NCBI GenBank assembly: GCA_963698765.1
Contig: CAVOSB010000035.1
Location: 48,497 to 112,496 of the forward strand
Reading direction: 5' to 3'
DNA from: an uncultured Chloroflexia bacterium
GTDB taxonomy: Bacteria; Chloroflexota; Anaerolineae; Anaerolineales; UBA4823
DNA length: 64,000 nt
Position numbers and translations under genes: made by a program. Below the pieces are notes generated by a model. That model searched no databases, was not told where the DNA came from, and worked only from the letters and a program-made list of their open reading frames with translations. Each line of letters begins with the position of its first letter. Positions within the stretch are counted from its first letter, which is position 1. Below, piece after piece: positions 1 through 10,919 of the stretch.

Positions 1-579
1 GCCGCACTGCGGGCAGGTCGATACCTGCACCATCGAGCCCAATATGGTCTGCCGCACCTGGCGCACTTCCCCCGCACCGTTGCAGGTCGCACAGCGCACA
101 GGCTTGCTGCCGGGTTCAGCGCCGCTGCCGTTGCAGCGGTTGCAGTGCTCGTCGCGGGTGATTTCGATTTCTTTTTCGATCCCAAATACTGCTTCTTCGA
201 AAGATAAATCCAGCCGGTATTGCAGGTCGCCGCCCCGGCGCGGAGCGTTGCGGGAACGCGCCGAGGAGCGGCCAAATCCACCGAAACCGAACAGGTCGCC
301 GAAGATATCGGCAAAGTCCGAGAAATCTACTGTGAAGTCTGGAGTGCCGCTTGGACCGCGGACGCCGGCATGCCCGAAACGATCGTACGCCGCCCTGCGG
401 TCCGCATCGGAAAGCACGGCGTAGGCTTCGTTTATTTCCTTGAAGCGCTCTTCAGCATCCGGCTCCTGGCTGACGTCGGGATGGTACTGGCGCGCCAGCC
501 GTCGGAATGCGGCCTTCAGATCGTCCGGGCTGGCGCTGCGCGGCACTTCCAGGACTTCGTAATAATCGCGTTGGGTCAT
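1..579 (-). CDS. dnaJ: Chaperone DnaJ, N-terminal part (gene runs off the left edge of the window)
   Basis: Reverse translation from the ATG at 579-577 reads [36 protein letters not shown] (J domain with HPD). It continues with a G/F linker ([11 protein letters not shown]) and CxxCxGxG zinc-finger repeats ([16 protein letters not shown]). It is absent from the ORF track because no stop lies inside the window. Confidence 0.9.
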   Translation of the reverse strand, partial: MTQRDYYEVLEVPRSASPDDLKAAFRRLARQYHPDVSQEPDAEERFKEINEAYAVLSDADRRAAYDRFGHAGVRGPSGTPDFTVDFSDFADIFGDLFGFGGFGRSSARSRNAPRRGGDLQYRLDLSFEEAVFGIEKEIEITRDEHCNRCNGSGAEPGSKPVRCATCNGAGEVRQVRQTILGSMVQVSTCPQCG

Positions 580-586
580 AACCGCT

Positions 587-2494
587 TATGTGTTGCGGAA
601 CTCACCGTCCACCACGTCTTCATCACCGCCAGGACTTGCGGGACCTTCTTCTCGGTCCGCTGCCGCCCTCGGGTTCCGCTGCCGGGGGCGGTGTCTCCTG
701 GTAAGCCGCTGTGCCCACCTGCTGCAGCACCTGTGTCAGCTCCTCCGTCGCCCGGCGGATCTGGTCTGCATCTTCGCTGTCCAAAACCTTGCGCACATTT
801 GCCACGCCTTCCTCTACCTTGCTCTTCAGCTCTGCTGGCACCTTATCTCCCAGGTCTTTCAGCACCTTCTCGGCCGAGTAAGCGGTGTTATCGGCATTGT
901 TACGGGCTTCGATCAGCTCTTTGCGCTTGCGGTCTTCGTCCGTGTGCAGCTCGGCGTCTTTGCGCATGCGCTCCACTTCATTCTCGCTCAGGCCGGATGA
1001 TGCCGTGATGGTGATGTGCTGGCTGCGGCTGGTAGCCTTGTCCAGTGCGGTGACCTTGATGATGCCGTTGGCATCGATGTCGAAAGTGACCTCGATCTGG
1101 GGGATGCCGCGCGGCGCCACCGGGATTCCGTCCAGGATGAACTTCCCCAGCGTCTTGTTGTCGCTTGCCATCGGGCGCTCGCCCTGCAGGACGTGGATCT
1201 CGACCTGCGACTGGTTATCCGAAGCCGTCGAGAAGATCTGGCTCTTGCGGGTGGGAACGGTGGTGTTGCGTTCGATCAGCGGGGTAGCCACACCACCCAG
1301 GGTTTCAACTGAGAGCGTCAGCGGGGTGACATCCAGCAGCAGGATGTCCTTGACATCGCCGCCCAGCACGCCGGCCTGGATCGCCGCGCCCACCGCCACC
1401 ACCTCGTCCGGGTTAACTCCCTTGTGAGGCTCCTTGTTGAACAGCTTGCGCACGGCTTCCTGGACGGCGGGCATGCGCGTCATCCCTCCTACCAGGACAA
1501 TTTCGTCAATCGACGAGGCCTGTGCGTCGGCGTCTTTTAACGCCTGGCGTACCGGTCCCATCGAGCGTTCCACCAGGTCGCCCGTCAGCTGCTCCATCTT
1601 GGAGCGCGTCAGGGTCATCACCAGGTGCTTTGGCCCGCTGGCGTCGGCGGTGATATAAGGCAGGTTGATCTCCGTCTGCATCATGCTCGACAGCTCGATC
1701 TTCGCCTTCTCAGACGCTTCCTTCAATCGCTGCAGGGATTGGCGGTCGTTGCGCAGGTCGATTCCGTTTTCGCGCTTGAACTCGTCGGCCACATAGTCGA
1801 TGATGCGCATGTCGAAATCATCCCCTCCCAGGAAGGTATCACCGCTGGTAGACCGGACCTGGAACACCCCTTCACCCACGTCCAGGATGGAGATATCGAA
1901 GGTGCCGCCGCCCAGGTCATAGACACCAATGGCCTCATCTTTTTTCTTGTCCAGGCCATAGGCCAGGGAAGAAGCGGTGGGCTCGTTGATGATGCGCAGC
2001 ACTTCCAGCCCGGCGATCTTGCCGGCGTCTTTGGTGGCGTTGCGCTGTGCGTCGTTGAAATAAGCCGGTACGGTGATCACCGCCTGGGTGACCGCCTCCC
2101 CCAGGTAAGCCTCGGCGTCCGACTTGAGCTTGCCCAGGATCATGGCCGAAATCTCCGGCGGCGAGTATTCCTTGCCGTCCAGGATCACCCGGATATCCCC
2201 GTTCGGTGCCTTCGCCACCTTGTAGGGGACGCGCGATAGCGCTTTCTGCACTTCGGGATCGTCAAATTTGCGTCCCATGAAGCGCTTGATCGAAAAGACC
2301 GTGTTTTCCGGGTTGACGACGGCCTGGTTGCGAGCCACGCGCCCGATCAGCCGCTCGTGGTTCTTGTTCACGGCCACCACCGAGGGCACCAGCCGCTCAC
2401 CCTCCGCCGAGGGGATTACGACCGGCTCGCCCGCTTCCATGACCGCCACGACCGAGTTGGTCGTTCCCAGATCGATTCCAATAATTTTTGCCAT
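587..2494 (-). CDS. dnaK: Chaperone DnaK (Hsp70)
   Basis: The 623-aa ORF begins [18 protein letters not shown] and contains DLGGGTFD and other Hsp70 signatures. The tail in the ORF track ([11 protein letters not shown]) looks frameshifted near 655. The alternative frame gives the canonical end [12 protein letters not shown] with a stop at 589-587, 7 nt before the dnaJ ATG. Confidence 0.97.
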
Positions 2495-2543
2495 TGATTA
2501 TGCCTCCAGATCCAAATTTGAATTGCGTTGAAAAGACCAGCTT

Positions 2544-3155
2544 CTAACGTGCCACGCGCACCATGGCGGGCCTCAAGACCCGCTCGCCCAGCAGGTATCC
2601 CTGCTGCAGGACTTCGATGATCTGCCCGCTGGAATGCTGGTCGCTGTCTTCAGATGTAACCGCTTCGTGATAGTTAGGGTCGAAGCTCTGCCCCTCTGCT
2701 TGAAATTGTTTAACGCCTTCGTTTTCGAGGAAAGCGAGCAGCTTGTTATAAATTAATTCGATGCCGCTGGCCCAGGCCTGCCCCTCGCCCTCCTTCGGGC
2801 GGTTCTTAAGCGCCCGCTCCAGGTCGTCGATCACTTCCAGGTAGCGCTTCAGGATGCTGCCCGCCGCCATCTGGTATGCCTGCGACTGCTCGCGCTCCAC
2901 CCGCTTCTTATAGTTGGCGAATTCAGCCCGCGCCCTCTGCCAGCCGTCCAGGTATTCCTCGGCCTTCGCCTGCTGATCAGCCAGCTGTTGGCGCAGCGCT
3001 TCGACCTCCTTTTGCAGGGCTTCGGCTTCCTGGGCAGCTCGATCCGAATCGATAGAATTCAATTCTGCCGCACTGCTCTCTACCGGCTGGTCAGAAGCCT
3101 GGCTGGGTCCCGTCGTCTCCGCTTTTTGGGTCTTTCCCGCATCTTTTTTTGCCAT
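2544..3155 (-). CDS. grpE: Nucleotide exchange factor GrpE
   Basis: The 203-aa ORF has a coiled-coil N-terminus and a GrpE-type C-terminus (FDPNYHEAV...GYLLGERVLRPAMVRV). It lies between hrcA and dnaK. Confidence 0.9.
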   Translation of the reverse strand: MAKKDAGKTQKAETTGPSQASDQPVESSAAELNSIDSDRAAQEAEALQKEVEALRQQLADQQAKAEEYLDGWQRARAEFANYKKRVEREQSQAYQMAAGSILKRYLEVIDDLERALKNRPKEGEGQAWASGIELIYNKLLAFLENEGVKQFQAEGQSFDPNYHEAVTSEDSDQHSSGQIIEVLQQGYLLGERVLRPAMVRVAR

Positions 3156-3211
3156 CAGGTCTCGTTAATCTCCTTGCAAACAAGAAAGTACAATAATTTC
3201 AGATTGCTTTT

Positions 3212-4262
3212 CTATTCCAGCAGTTTTTCTTCGACCAGGTCGCTGAGCAAACCGGCCACAAAGCGCACCGTCGAGATCGTGCGCCCGTATGCCATCCGCA
3301 TGGGGCCTAAAACTCCCAGGGTGCCGGTCGCCAGCCCGGGAGCCCCATAGCGCGCCAGCACGACCGAGCAGTCGCGCAGCTCTTCCCAGTTGCCTTCGCC
3401 GCCGATCAGCACCTGCACACCTCCCAGGTCGGAGGTCAGCACCGTGCGGTTGAGCAGGTCCTCCAGCAGCGGGCGCTCTTCCAGGATGCGCAAAGCCCGG
3501 CGAGCCAGGTCGACTTCACCGAACTCCGGCTCCGCCAGGACATGGGTGATTCCATCGTGGTACAGTTCGCCGGTCAGGTTCTGGCTGGTGCGGCGCATCT
3601 CATCGACGATCAGCTTCAGAAAGTCCTGCTCCAGGGCGTCGGCCGGGGTTGGCAGGTTGTTGATCGACTCTGCACTCAACATGTGGCAGATACTGTTCAG
3701 AAAACGCGCGGCTTCGCTCAGCTGTTCCTGCGTCACCGGTTCCGCCAGGGTCAGCATCTGCTGGCTGACTTCACCGCCAGACAGCACCAGTACCATCAAC
3801 ACCTGCCGCCCGTGCGTGCTGATCAGCTCCAGGTGCTTGAAGTGTGTCAGTTCGGTATGCGGCGCGGTGACGATCGATGCCGCCTGGGCCTGCTGCGCCA
3901 GCACCGAAGCCGCCAGGCGCATCCAGCGGTCGACATCCGGCCCCGCCTGGTAAAACTGGTGGATGATGGTGCGCTTGGTATTGATCGATAAATCGGAATG
4001 GCCCATCAGCTGGCGGACGAAGTAGCGGTAGCCTTCTTCGGTGGGGACGCGGCCGGCCGAAGTGTGCGGCTGGCGCAAATAACCCATCTCGGTCAGCGCC
4101 ACCAGCTCGTTGCGCACGGTTGCCGTGCTGACATCCAGGCTGTAGGTCGCCACCAGGCGCTCTGAGCTGACCGCTTTTGCCGATTCGATATAATCGCGGA
4201 TCACCAGGGCCAGGATCAAGTTTTTGCCGTTCGCTGAGTTCTTGGGTCATCATCTGTACCAT
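3212..4262 (-). CDS. hrcA: Heat-inducible transcription repressor HrcA (one apparent frameshift near 4220)
   Basis: The 335-aa ORF reads ...VIRDYIESAKAVSSERLV...TVRNELVALTEMGYLRQPHTSAGRVPTEEGYRYFV, a winged-helix HrcA N-domain. The true N-terminus MTQELSERQK lies in another frame (ORF 3771..4262). The start could be 4262, 4253 or 4250. Confidence 0.9.
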
Positions 4263-4263
4263 A

Positions 4264-4290
4264 TTAGCACTCGCGCATGGCGAGTGCTAA
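4264..4290 (-). promoter_or_regulatory. CIRCE operator (HrcA binding site) of the hrcA-grpE-dnaK-dnaJ operon
   Basis: TTAGCACTC-GCGCATGGC-GAGTGCTAA is a perfect match to the consensus TTAGCACTC-N9-GAGTGCTAA. It sits immediately upstream of the hrcA start. Confidence 0.92.
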
Positions 4291-4303
4291 TTTTCAGCTT
4301 ACG

Positions 4304-4333
4304 ATAATACCATGCCGCGTAAGAGAACGTCAA
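4304..4333 (-). promoter_or_regulatory. Putative sigma-70 promoter of the hrcA operon
   Basis: On the minus strand: TTGACG (4333-4328), an 18-nt spacer, then TGgTATTAT extended -10 (-10 at 4309-4304). CIRCE begins 13 nt downstream. Confidence 0.55.
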
Positions 4334-4360
4334 GAAACAGCCCCCTGGGTATACTGGTTT

Positions 4361-5648
4361 CTAACGCGAATCTAACGGGTTTACTTCTTGCGCTTCGCCT
4401 CTCCTCACACCCGCCATCAGCACGAAAGCCACCACCATGAACAGCGGCGCCGCCAGCATGATATTGCCGTAGTTCGAGCCCGTCAGCTGGACGATCCAAG
4501 CCGTTGATGTTCGGGCCGGCGATGGCAGCCAGGGTCGAGGCCAGGTAGTACAGCCCGGTGTAGGTGCCCACGCGCGCGGCGTCGGTCATGTCCACCACCA
4601 TCGGCAGCGAGTTGATGTTGATCAGCGCCCAGGCGATGCCCGCCAGCATCAGGATCAGGCCGACCACCGGCACTACCCCCAGCACCGGCAGCTTGGTGAC
4701 AACCGTGACCAGCGTTTCGACCGGCAGGAAAAACATCAGCAGCATGGCGGCGGTCATCAGGACGATACCGGTCATGATGGTGATCTTCCTGCCGAACCTC
4801 CCGCCGATGTAGCCGGAAGGCAGGGCGAACAGCACGAACAGCAGCGACAGCTGCCCGAGCAGGCGCGCCCCGGCGGCCTCTTCCATTCCCAGGTGCTTCT
4901 GGGCGTACAGCGTGAAGAAGGCCTCCACGGCGTTGTAGCTGACGAACCAGAAGAAGATCGCCAGCAGCAGTCGCAGCGCGCTGCGCTCGCGGTCTCGCAG
5001 CACCTCACCCAGGCTCTTGATCATCCCCGGCTTCTCTTCGCCTGTCTCGTACACCTTCGGCTCGCGGATGAACAGCAGCACCAGCAGGCTGGAGACCAGC
5101 ACCAGCACCGAGCCCAGCCAGAATGGATAGGCGGTGTTGATCTCGTACAGGCTGGCGCCCACCAGGAAGGACACGATCGCCCCCACCCCGCCCATGAAAT
5201 TGATAATGCCGTTAGCCTGCGAGCGAAACCTGGAAGGGGTGATGTCCGGCATCAGCGCGATCACCGGCGTCCTCCACAGGGCCATGCTCAGCAGCAGCGT
5301 GCTGGTGCAGGCCACGAACAGCGGCAGGACGCTCGCCAGCGGGATCAACCCGAAAGCCAGCGCCCCAATCGGAGCTCCGATCAAAATGAAAGGCATGCGC
5401 CTGCCGATCGGCGTGCGCAGGCGGTCCGACCAGGCCCCCACCGGCGGCTGGATCAGCAGCGCCGCGATGTTGTCCAGCGTCATGAAGAAGCCGATCAGCG
5501 CCGGCGCCAGTCCGAACTTGTTGGCCAGGAACAGCGGCACGAAGGCGTTGTACACCCCCCAGATCACGCTCACTCCGAAGAACCCGAAGCCCAGCAGGAA
5601 GGTCTTGCCGTAATTTAGTTTGATTTTGGGAGAGATATCAGTTTGCAT
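4361..5648 (-). CDS. MFS-type transporter (12-TM class; substrate unknown); one frameshift near 4500
   Basis: The ORF 4299..5648 is highly hydrophobic throughout and carries the MFS loop motif GAWSDRLRTPIGRRMPF. The last ~70 aa of the track ORF are non-hydrophobic. The alternative frame restores TM sequence (GWIVQLTGSNYGNIMLAAPLFMVVAFVLMAG) and ends at 4361. Confidence 0.75.
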
Positions 5649-5718
5649 GCATGGCTCCTATGTTTGAGAGTGGAGAATGGAGAGTTGAGAGTGGTTTGAC
5701 GATTGCTGAAAACAATAC

Positions 5719-5840
5719 TATCGTCCTGAAATTACATTGGCATCATCCTGAACGACTTAATATTGTCATCCAATTCGCCTTTGTATTGTCATCCTGAACG
5801 ACTTTATATTGTCATCCTGAACGCAGTGAAGGATCTCCAT
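5719..5840 (+). repeat. About 5 degenerate tandem copies of a ~23-bp unit containing GTCATCCTGAACG
   Basis: tatcgtcctgaa / catcatcctgaacgac / attgtcatccaattcg / attgtcatcctgaacgac / attgtcatcctgaacgcagtgaaggatctcc. The region is intergenic. Confidence 0.65.
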
Positions 5841-6009
5841 CCAGTCTTTTAGAAAATCCAAATCGGAGTACAACTGTCAACCTTAACGGTCTTTCCTGCC
5901 CGAATTTTCCAGGGAGTAAAGCATTCCTGCTGATGAAGCATAACTCCTCGCAGACCTATCCGGGTCGGCAGGTCCTGGGAGGTCGAGTTTTGAGCCTATT
6001 TCATTACAA

Positions 6010-6360
6010 TCCGCTTCAGCGGGTTTCGCTCTCTCAGGCGTTGAATTCATTCAACGACATCCGCGCCAGGCCTCGGATTCAACTTCCTACCATCTCCGCC
6101 AGGCATTGAAATACCCGTCTGAATTCCTCAAGCCTGCTCAAGCAGACTGCCTCTGGACAACCCGCTTCAGCGGGTTTCGCCTCTCGGGCGTTGAATTCAT
6201 TCAACGACATCAATGCCAGAACACAGACCCAATTTCCTGCCATCCCCGCCAGGCATTGAAATGCCTGTCTGAACTCTTCAAGCCTGCTCAAGCAGGCTAC
6301 CATCGGCAACCCGCTTGAGCGGGTTTCGTTTGCCAGACGCCGAATTCATTCGGCGGGCCC
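6010..6360. repeat. ~150-bp tandem repeat (about 2.3 copies), each unit built from three short hairpins
   Basis: The unit restarts at 6010, 6161 and 6310 (cccgcttcagcgggtttcg). Each unit carries three hairpins: acccgcttcagcgggt, cgttgaattcattcaacg and agcctgctcaagcaggct. Confidence 0.85.
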
Positions 6361-7126
6361 ATCCCAGCCTTCCAGCCTGCGCAGAAACTCCATCTCTTCC
6401 TCCGTCAATTCCGCCTTCTCCAGCAAATCCCTGCGCCTCTCCCACGTTCGCAGCAGCGCCTGCTCCCTCCTCCACTTCCTCACCATGGCATGGTCGCCCG
6501 ACACCAACACATCCGGCACCCTCCAGCCGCGGAACTCCGCCGGGCGGGTGTAGTGCGGGTATTCCAGCAGTCCCGAGGCGTGCGAGTTATCCAATGCCCC
6601 ATCCGGGTCGCCCAGCACGCCCGGTACCAGTCGCGCAGACCGCGTCGATCACCACCAACGCCGCCAGCTCCCCGCCCGTGATCACGTAATCGCCGATCGA
6701 AATCTCGTCCGTCGCCAGGTGCTGCCGCACGCGCTCGTCCACTCCTTCGTAGCGCCCGCAGATCAATGCCAGCCGGGATGTGCCCTCCTGGCTCTGCTCG
6801 CTCCACCCCGCCAGCTCCTGTGCCACCTGCTGGGTGAAAGGCCTGCCCTGCGGCGTGAGCAGGATCACCGGGCAGCAAGGCGGTGCGCCAAGCACGCCCT
6901 CCACCGCCGTGAAGATCGGCTCGGGTTTCATCACCATCCCCCCGCCCCCGCCGAACGGTTCGTCGTCCGTCACGTGGTGTTTGTCGCTCGTCCAGTCGCG
7001 GATGTTATGCAAATTGACGCTTCACCAGCCCGTTCTTCTGCGCGCGCTGCAGGATGCTGGCGCCCAGGTACGGCTAAACACTTCCGGGAAGAGGGTGAAG
7101 ACTTCGAACTGCAGCGTGGTAGGCAT
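6346..7126 (-). CDS. trmD: tRNA (guanine37-N1)-methyltransferase TrmD (about 3 apparent frameshifts)
   Basis: Three fragments in three frames. The first is [17 protein letters not shown] (start 7126). The second is [33 protein letters not shown]...[12 protein letters not shown]...[22 protein letters not shown]. The third is [39 protein letters not shown]. Confidence 0.88.
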
Positions 7127-7676
7127 ACAGCCGATTCTAGCCGCGAGAGCCGGTGGTTCGCAAGGTGGTCTGCTCGAATATTGGTTCTGGTTTGGTACAC
7201 GGATTCCACGAATGGGAGGGGATAAAATTAGGACATGCTTTAGCTTGTCAGGCTTTTCCTCTCAGCGATACTCCTTCCTCCCTGATCCTTGAAGCTGCGT
7301 TTCCGGGTTCTATGAGAAACGCACCTTCTGTTGGATTCTTTTCACACGATTTCCCTGGGGCTATTGCTCGCATAGAACATCCGCGCTATAGCGTAAGATG
7401 CGAGATGATCTTTCACCATCAGATTCGTTCCTCTTCGTTGATATTTAGAAACCAATCAAGGAGCAATCGTAGCCTGCAAAAGCACATATAATAAATGAAT
7501 ATTATGCACTCCTAAATTGTTTCAATGGTTTCGTATTGTTGCATTTACTCTACAAAAGTACAATATCCTACCGAGATCCCTAATCAAAAATCCTAGCAGC
7601 CTAAGTCACGGATCCTATATCCAAAATTCTGTCACTAACCTCTAAGGTTAGCTTGTTTTCATATCTCCACCTCTTC

Positions 7677-7706
7677 TTGACTTCACTTTCTTAAAAATGG
7701 TATGAT
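7677..7706 (+). promoter_or_regulatory. Putative promoter, possibly producing a leaderless mRNA for the TPR gene
   Basis: TTGACT (7677-7682), an 18-nt spacer, then TGgTATGAT (-10 at 7701-7706). The ATG at 7713 lies 7 nt after the -10. Confidence 0.4.
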
Positions 7707-7712
7707 GAAAGC

Positions 7713-8989
7713 ATGTACTTGCGTGGCAATCGTTGGAATATGACACGCCGCACACAGCGGCCGCCACTATGGCGCGTCTTCTTGCTCCTGGCGCTCATCG
7801 GGGGTGCCCTGTACGTCAACCAGGTGGTCGTCCCCGCCACCCCGCCGCTCTTCATCCCCACCCCCACCCTCACCCGCAGCCCGGAATCCTTCGTCAACCT
7901 GGCGGAGGAGAACATGCGGGCTGGCAAGATGCCCCAGGCCATCGACGCCTACAAGCAGGCCATCTACTCCGACCCCACCAACCCATCCAATTACATCAAC
8001 CTGGCCCGCCTCCAGGTCTTCCTGGGCGAATACGACGAGGCAGTCACCAACGCCCAGAACGCCCTGCTGAAGAACCCCGACAACCCCCTGGCGCACGCCG
8101 TGCTCGGCTGGGCGCAGGGCTTGAAGGGTAACACCTCCGACGCCGAGCTCGAGATCCAGAAAGCGCTGACGCTGGACCCCAACAACGCCCTGGCGCACGC
8201 CTACTGGCCGAGATCCTGATCAACCAGGGCAACTATGAGCCTGTACGAGAAAGCCGCCGACGAATCGAAGAAAGCTTTAGCCCTGGACCCGACCCTGCTG
8301 GAAGCGCACCGGGCGCGCGGCATCGTGCTGCTCAACACCCAGAACCTGGAAGAAGCCGTCCAGGAATTCCAGGCCGCGCTGGCGATCAACAAGAACATCG
8401 CCGACCTGAACCTGTACCTGGGCGTGACCTACAAGGCCCTGGGCCAGTACGACCTGGCGCAGGAAGCGCTGCTGGCGTCCTATGCCCTCAACCCCACCGA
8501 CACCATCGCCCTGACCGAGCTGTCGCGCGCCTACTTCGCCGACGGCCGCTACGCCCAGGCCGGCCAGTACGCCGAGGAAGCGCTCGCGTCGATCCCAGCG
8601 ACCCGCGCCTGCACGGCAACCTGGGCATGGTGTATTACAAGAACGAAGAATACGATAATGCCATCCCCACCTGAACCTGGCGGTGCGCGGCGGCATGTCC
8701 GACGACGGCACAGCCGGTGGAAGGCCTGCCGCTGGATTACGGGCGTGTGGAAGAGTACTACTGGTATTACGGCTTCGCCCTGGCACGCAGCGACCGCTGC
8801 GACGAAGCGGTGCCGATCTTCCAGTCCCTGCTCACCGGCGTCCCGGACGACGAAATCGCCGTCTACAACGCCACCGAAGGCATGGCCTTCTGCCAGCAGA
8901 GCCTGGGTGAGACCACCGCCGAGCCAGGGACAGAATCGACGGTCACCGAAGAGCCGAGCCGTCACCGAGACGCCGGAGCCGTGAAATAA
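7713..8989 (+). CDS. Membrane-anchored TPR-repeat protein (paralog 1; at least 2 frameshifts)
   Basis: It has an N-terminal TM segment (VFLLLALIGGALYV) and a PTPTLT linker. Repeated TPR-like 34-mers follow (AIDAYKQAIYSDPTNPSNYINLARLQVFLGEYDEA..., ALALDPTLLEAHRARG...). The gene is split over ORFs 7713..8219, 8235..8984 and 8717..8989. Confidence 0.7.
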
Positions 8990-8992
8990 ACC

Positions 8993-10441
8993 ATGGAACG
9001 TCAAATTTGCCGGCAAACGACCCACCTTCCACCCGGCGCGCGGCGGCAAAATTTCTACCGCGTGATCCTGCTGATCAGCCTGATCCTGGCCGGCGTGTGG
9101 GTGCTGATGGGCTCGCAGCGCGGCCAGATCATCTCGCCCCTTCTGCCCACACCCACCCCCACCCGCATGGCCGAGTCCTATTTCCTGGAGGCGCAGGCCT
9201 ATTTCGAGGCCGGCAAGCTGGACGATCCCAGCAACGACACACCGCCTGAAGCCGCCGGCCGATCAACGACGCCATCGAAGCCTACCAGGCCGCCCTGCAG
9301 GCGAGCCGGATAACGCCCAGCCTGGGCCGAGCTGGCGCGCATCCAGACCTACTCCTCCAGCATGCTGCGCAACGACCGGAGCGCCTGGCGCGCCTGGAAG
9401 AAGCCATGGAATCTGCCGACCGGGCCATCGAGCTGGCGCCGGACGACAGCACGGTGCGCGCCATCCGCGCCTTCGTGCTGGACTGGTACGCCTATACACC
9501 GCTGGTGGGCGGAGAGCGCCGGGAAGAGCTGCTGGTCGAAGCCGAGCGTGAAGCCTCGCGCGCCTTCCAGCTCGACCCCGAGAATGCCCTGGCGCTGGCT
9601 TATTACGCCGAAATCCTGGCCGACCAGCAAAAATGGACCCAGGCCGAAAAATACGCCGCCCAGGCGGTCGCCCTGGATCCCGAATTCGATGGACACCCAC
9701 CGTGTGTACGGCTACGTGCTGGAGACCCTGGGCAAGTACAACAGCGCCATCCAGCAGTACCAGGAAGCGGCGCGCATCAATCCCAACATGACCTTCCTGT
9801 ACATCCGCATCGGCCAGAACTACCGGGAGGGCATCTGCAGAGCACGCCGGAGGCTCGACCGGGCGCTGGATTACTTCGACCGCGCCGCCAAGATCAACGA
9901 GCAGCTGGGCATCCAGAACCCGCTGCCCTATCATCGAGATCGCCCGCACCTACACCCAGATCGGCCAGTTCTTCGCCGCCTCGATCAACGCCGAAAAAGC
10001 CCTGGAATACGACCCGACCAATGCCCACACTTACGGGCAGCTGGGGATCATCTTCCGCCGGGCGCGCAACTACGAAGGCGCTATGTCGCTGCTGAAGTGC
10101 GCCGTGCGCGGCTGCACTGCCGAAGAAAACGAGATGGGCAAGATCGACGTGCAGGGGCTGCCGCTCACCAGCATCACCGTGGCCTATTACTACGTCGAAT
10201 ACGGCACAAACCTGGCCTTCCTGAGCCGCCCCAACGAGAACTACTGCCCGGAAGCCATGCAGGTGCTCGAGGAGACGCCGCCTTGCTTACGGCAGCGACC
10301 CCACCCTGATCGGCATCATCGAAGACAGCGAAGGCATCTGCCGCCGGCTGCAGGGCGGACAGGTGGTCGGTGCCCACGATCACCCCCATGCCCACCGAGA
10401 CCGCCTGCCTCGGGCATGCCCTGATATTGGCGTCTGCCTGA
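8993..10441 (+). CDS. Membrane-anchored TPR-repeat protein (paralog 2; about 5 frameshifts, 3' end uncertain)
   Basis: The architecture matches paralog 1: a TM segment (VILLISLILAGVWVL), a PTPTPT linker, then TPR units (AFQLDPENALALAYYAEILADQQKW, AVALDPEF, INPNMTFLYIRIGQNY, ALEYDPTNAHTYGQLGIIF). The pieces lie in several frames. Confidence 0.62.
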
Positions 10442-10475
10442 GTATAAGATTCTTGTAAGAATCCCGCCTTCCCTC

Positions 10476-10503
10476 TTGACTTTCCGATTAAATTGGGTAT
10501 TAT
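10476..10503 (+). promoter_or_regulatory. Putative sigma-70 promoter of groES-groEL
   Basis: TTGACT (10476-10481), a 16-nt spacer, then TATTAT (10498-10503). It shares the GGTATTAT -10 context with the hrcA promoter. CIRCE starts 10 nt downstream. Confidence 0.55.
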
Positions 10504-10513
10504 TCTGCAGCGG

Positions 10514-10540
10514 TTAGCACTCTTCGTGAACGAGTGCTAA
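10514..10540 (+). promoter_or_regulatory. CIRCE operator of groES-groEL
   Basis: TTAGCACTC-TTCGTGAAC-GAGTGCTAA is a perfect match to the consensus inverted repeat. Confidence 0.92.
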
Positions 10541-10589
10541 CCTCGCAACTATGTAAGCAGTTGATCATCAAATCATCTGGAGGTCAGAT

Positions 10590-10915
10590 ATGTCAATGAA
10601 TCTCAAACCCTTGGAAACCGCGTGGTGGTCGAACCCATCGAGCAGGAAGAAATCACCGCTGGCGGCATCGTGCTTCCCGAAACAGCCAAAGAGAAGCCGC
10701 AGAAAGGCAAGGTGCTGTCGGTCGGCCCTGGCGAGCGGGATGAAGACGGCGAGTACATCCCCATGGATGTCAAAGAAGGCGAAACGGTTCTGTTTGCCAA
10801 GTACGCCGGCACCGAGATCAAGATGGAAGGCAAGAAACTGCTGATCCTGCGCGAAAGCGACCTGCTCGCAATCGTCGAATTGAATAATTCTTATCGAATT
10901 AACAAAGGAGTATAG
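10590..10915 (+). CDS. groES: Co-chaperonin GroES (1-nt indel near 10612)
   Basis: A GGAGGT RBS precedes the ATG at 10590. MSMNLKPL is followed, after a shift, by [67 protein letters not shown]. Confidence 0.9.
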
Positions 10916-10919
10916 ACCT

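Noticed and set aside
220-2239. Long ORFs antisense to, or out of frame with, dnaJ and dnaK (220..1008, 885..1427, 1625..2239). Similar shadow ORFs occur throughout the window (for example 10568..11455, 34085..34933, 39520..40542, 62751..63758).
   Set aside because: These are typical high-GC shadow ORFs. Their products are Arg/Pro/Ala/Gly-rich and low in complexity, they overlap genes with unmistakable homology on the other frame or strand, and they lack start contexts.
7153-7491. A 112-aa + strand ORF in the spacer upstream of trmD. I also looked here for a missing rimM gene.
   Set aside because: There is no similarity to RimM or any other family on either strand. GC is lower, with several short hairpins. 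I treat it as non-coding.
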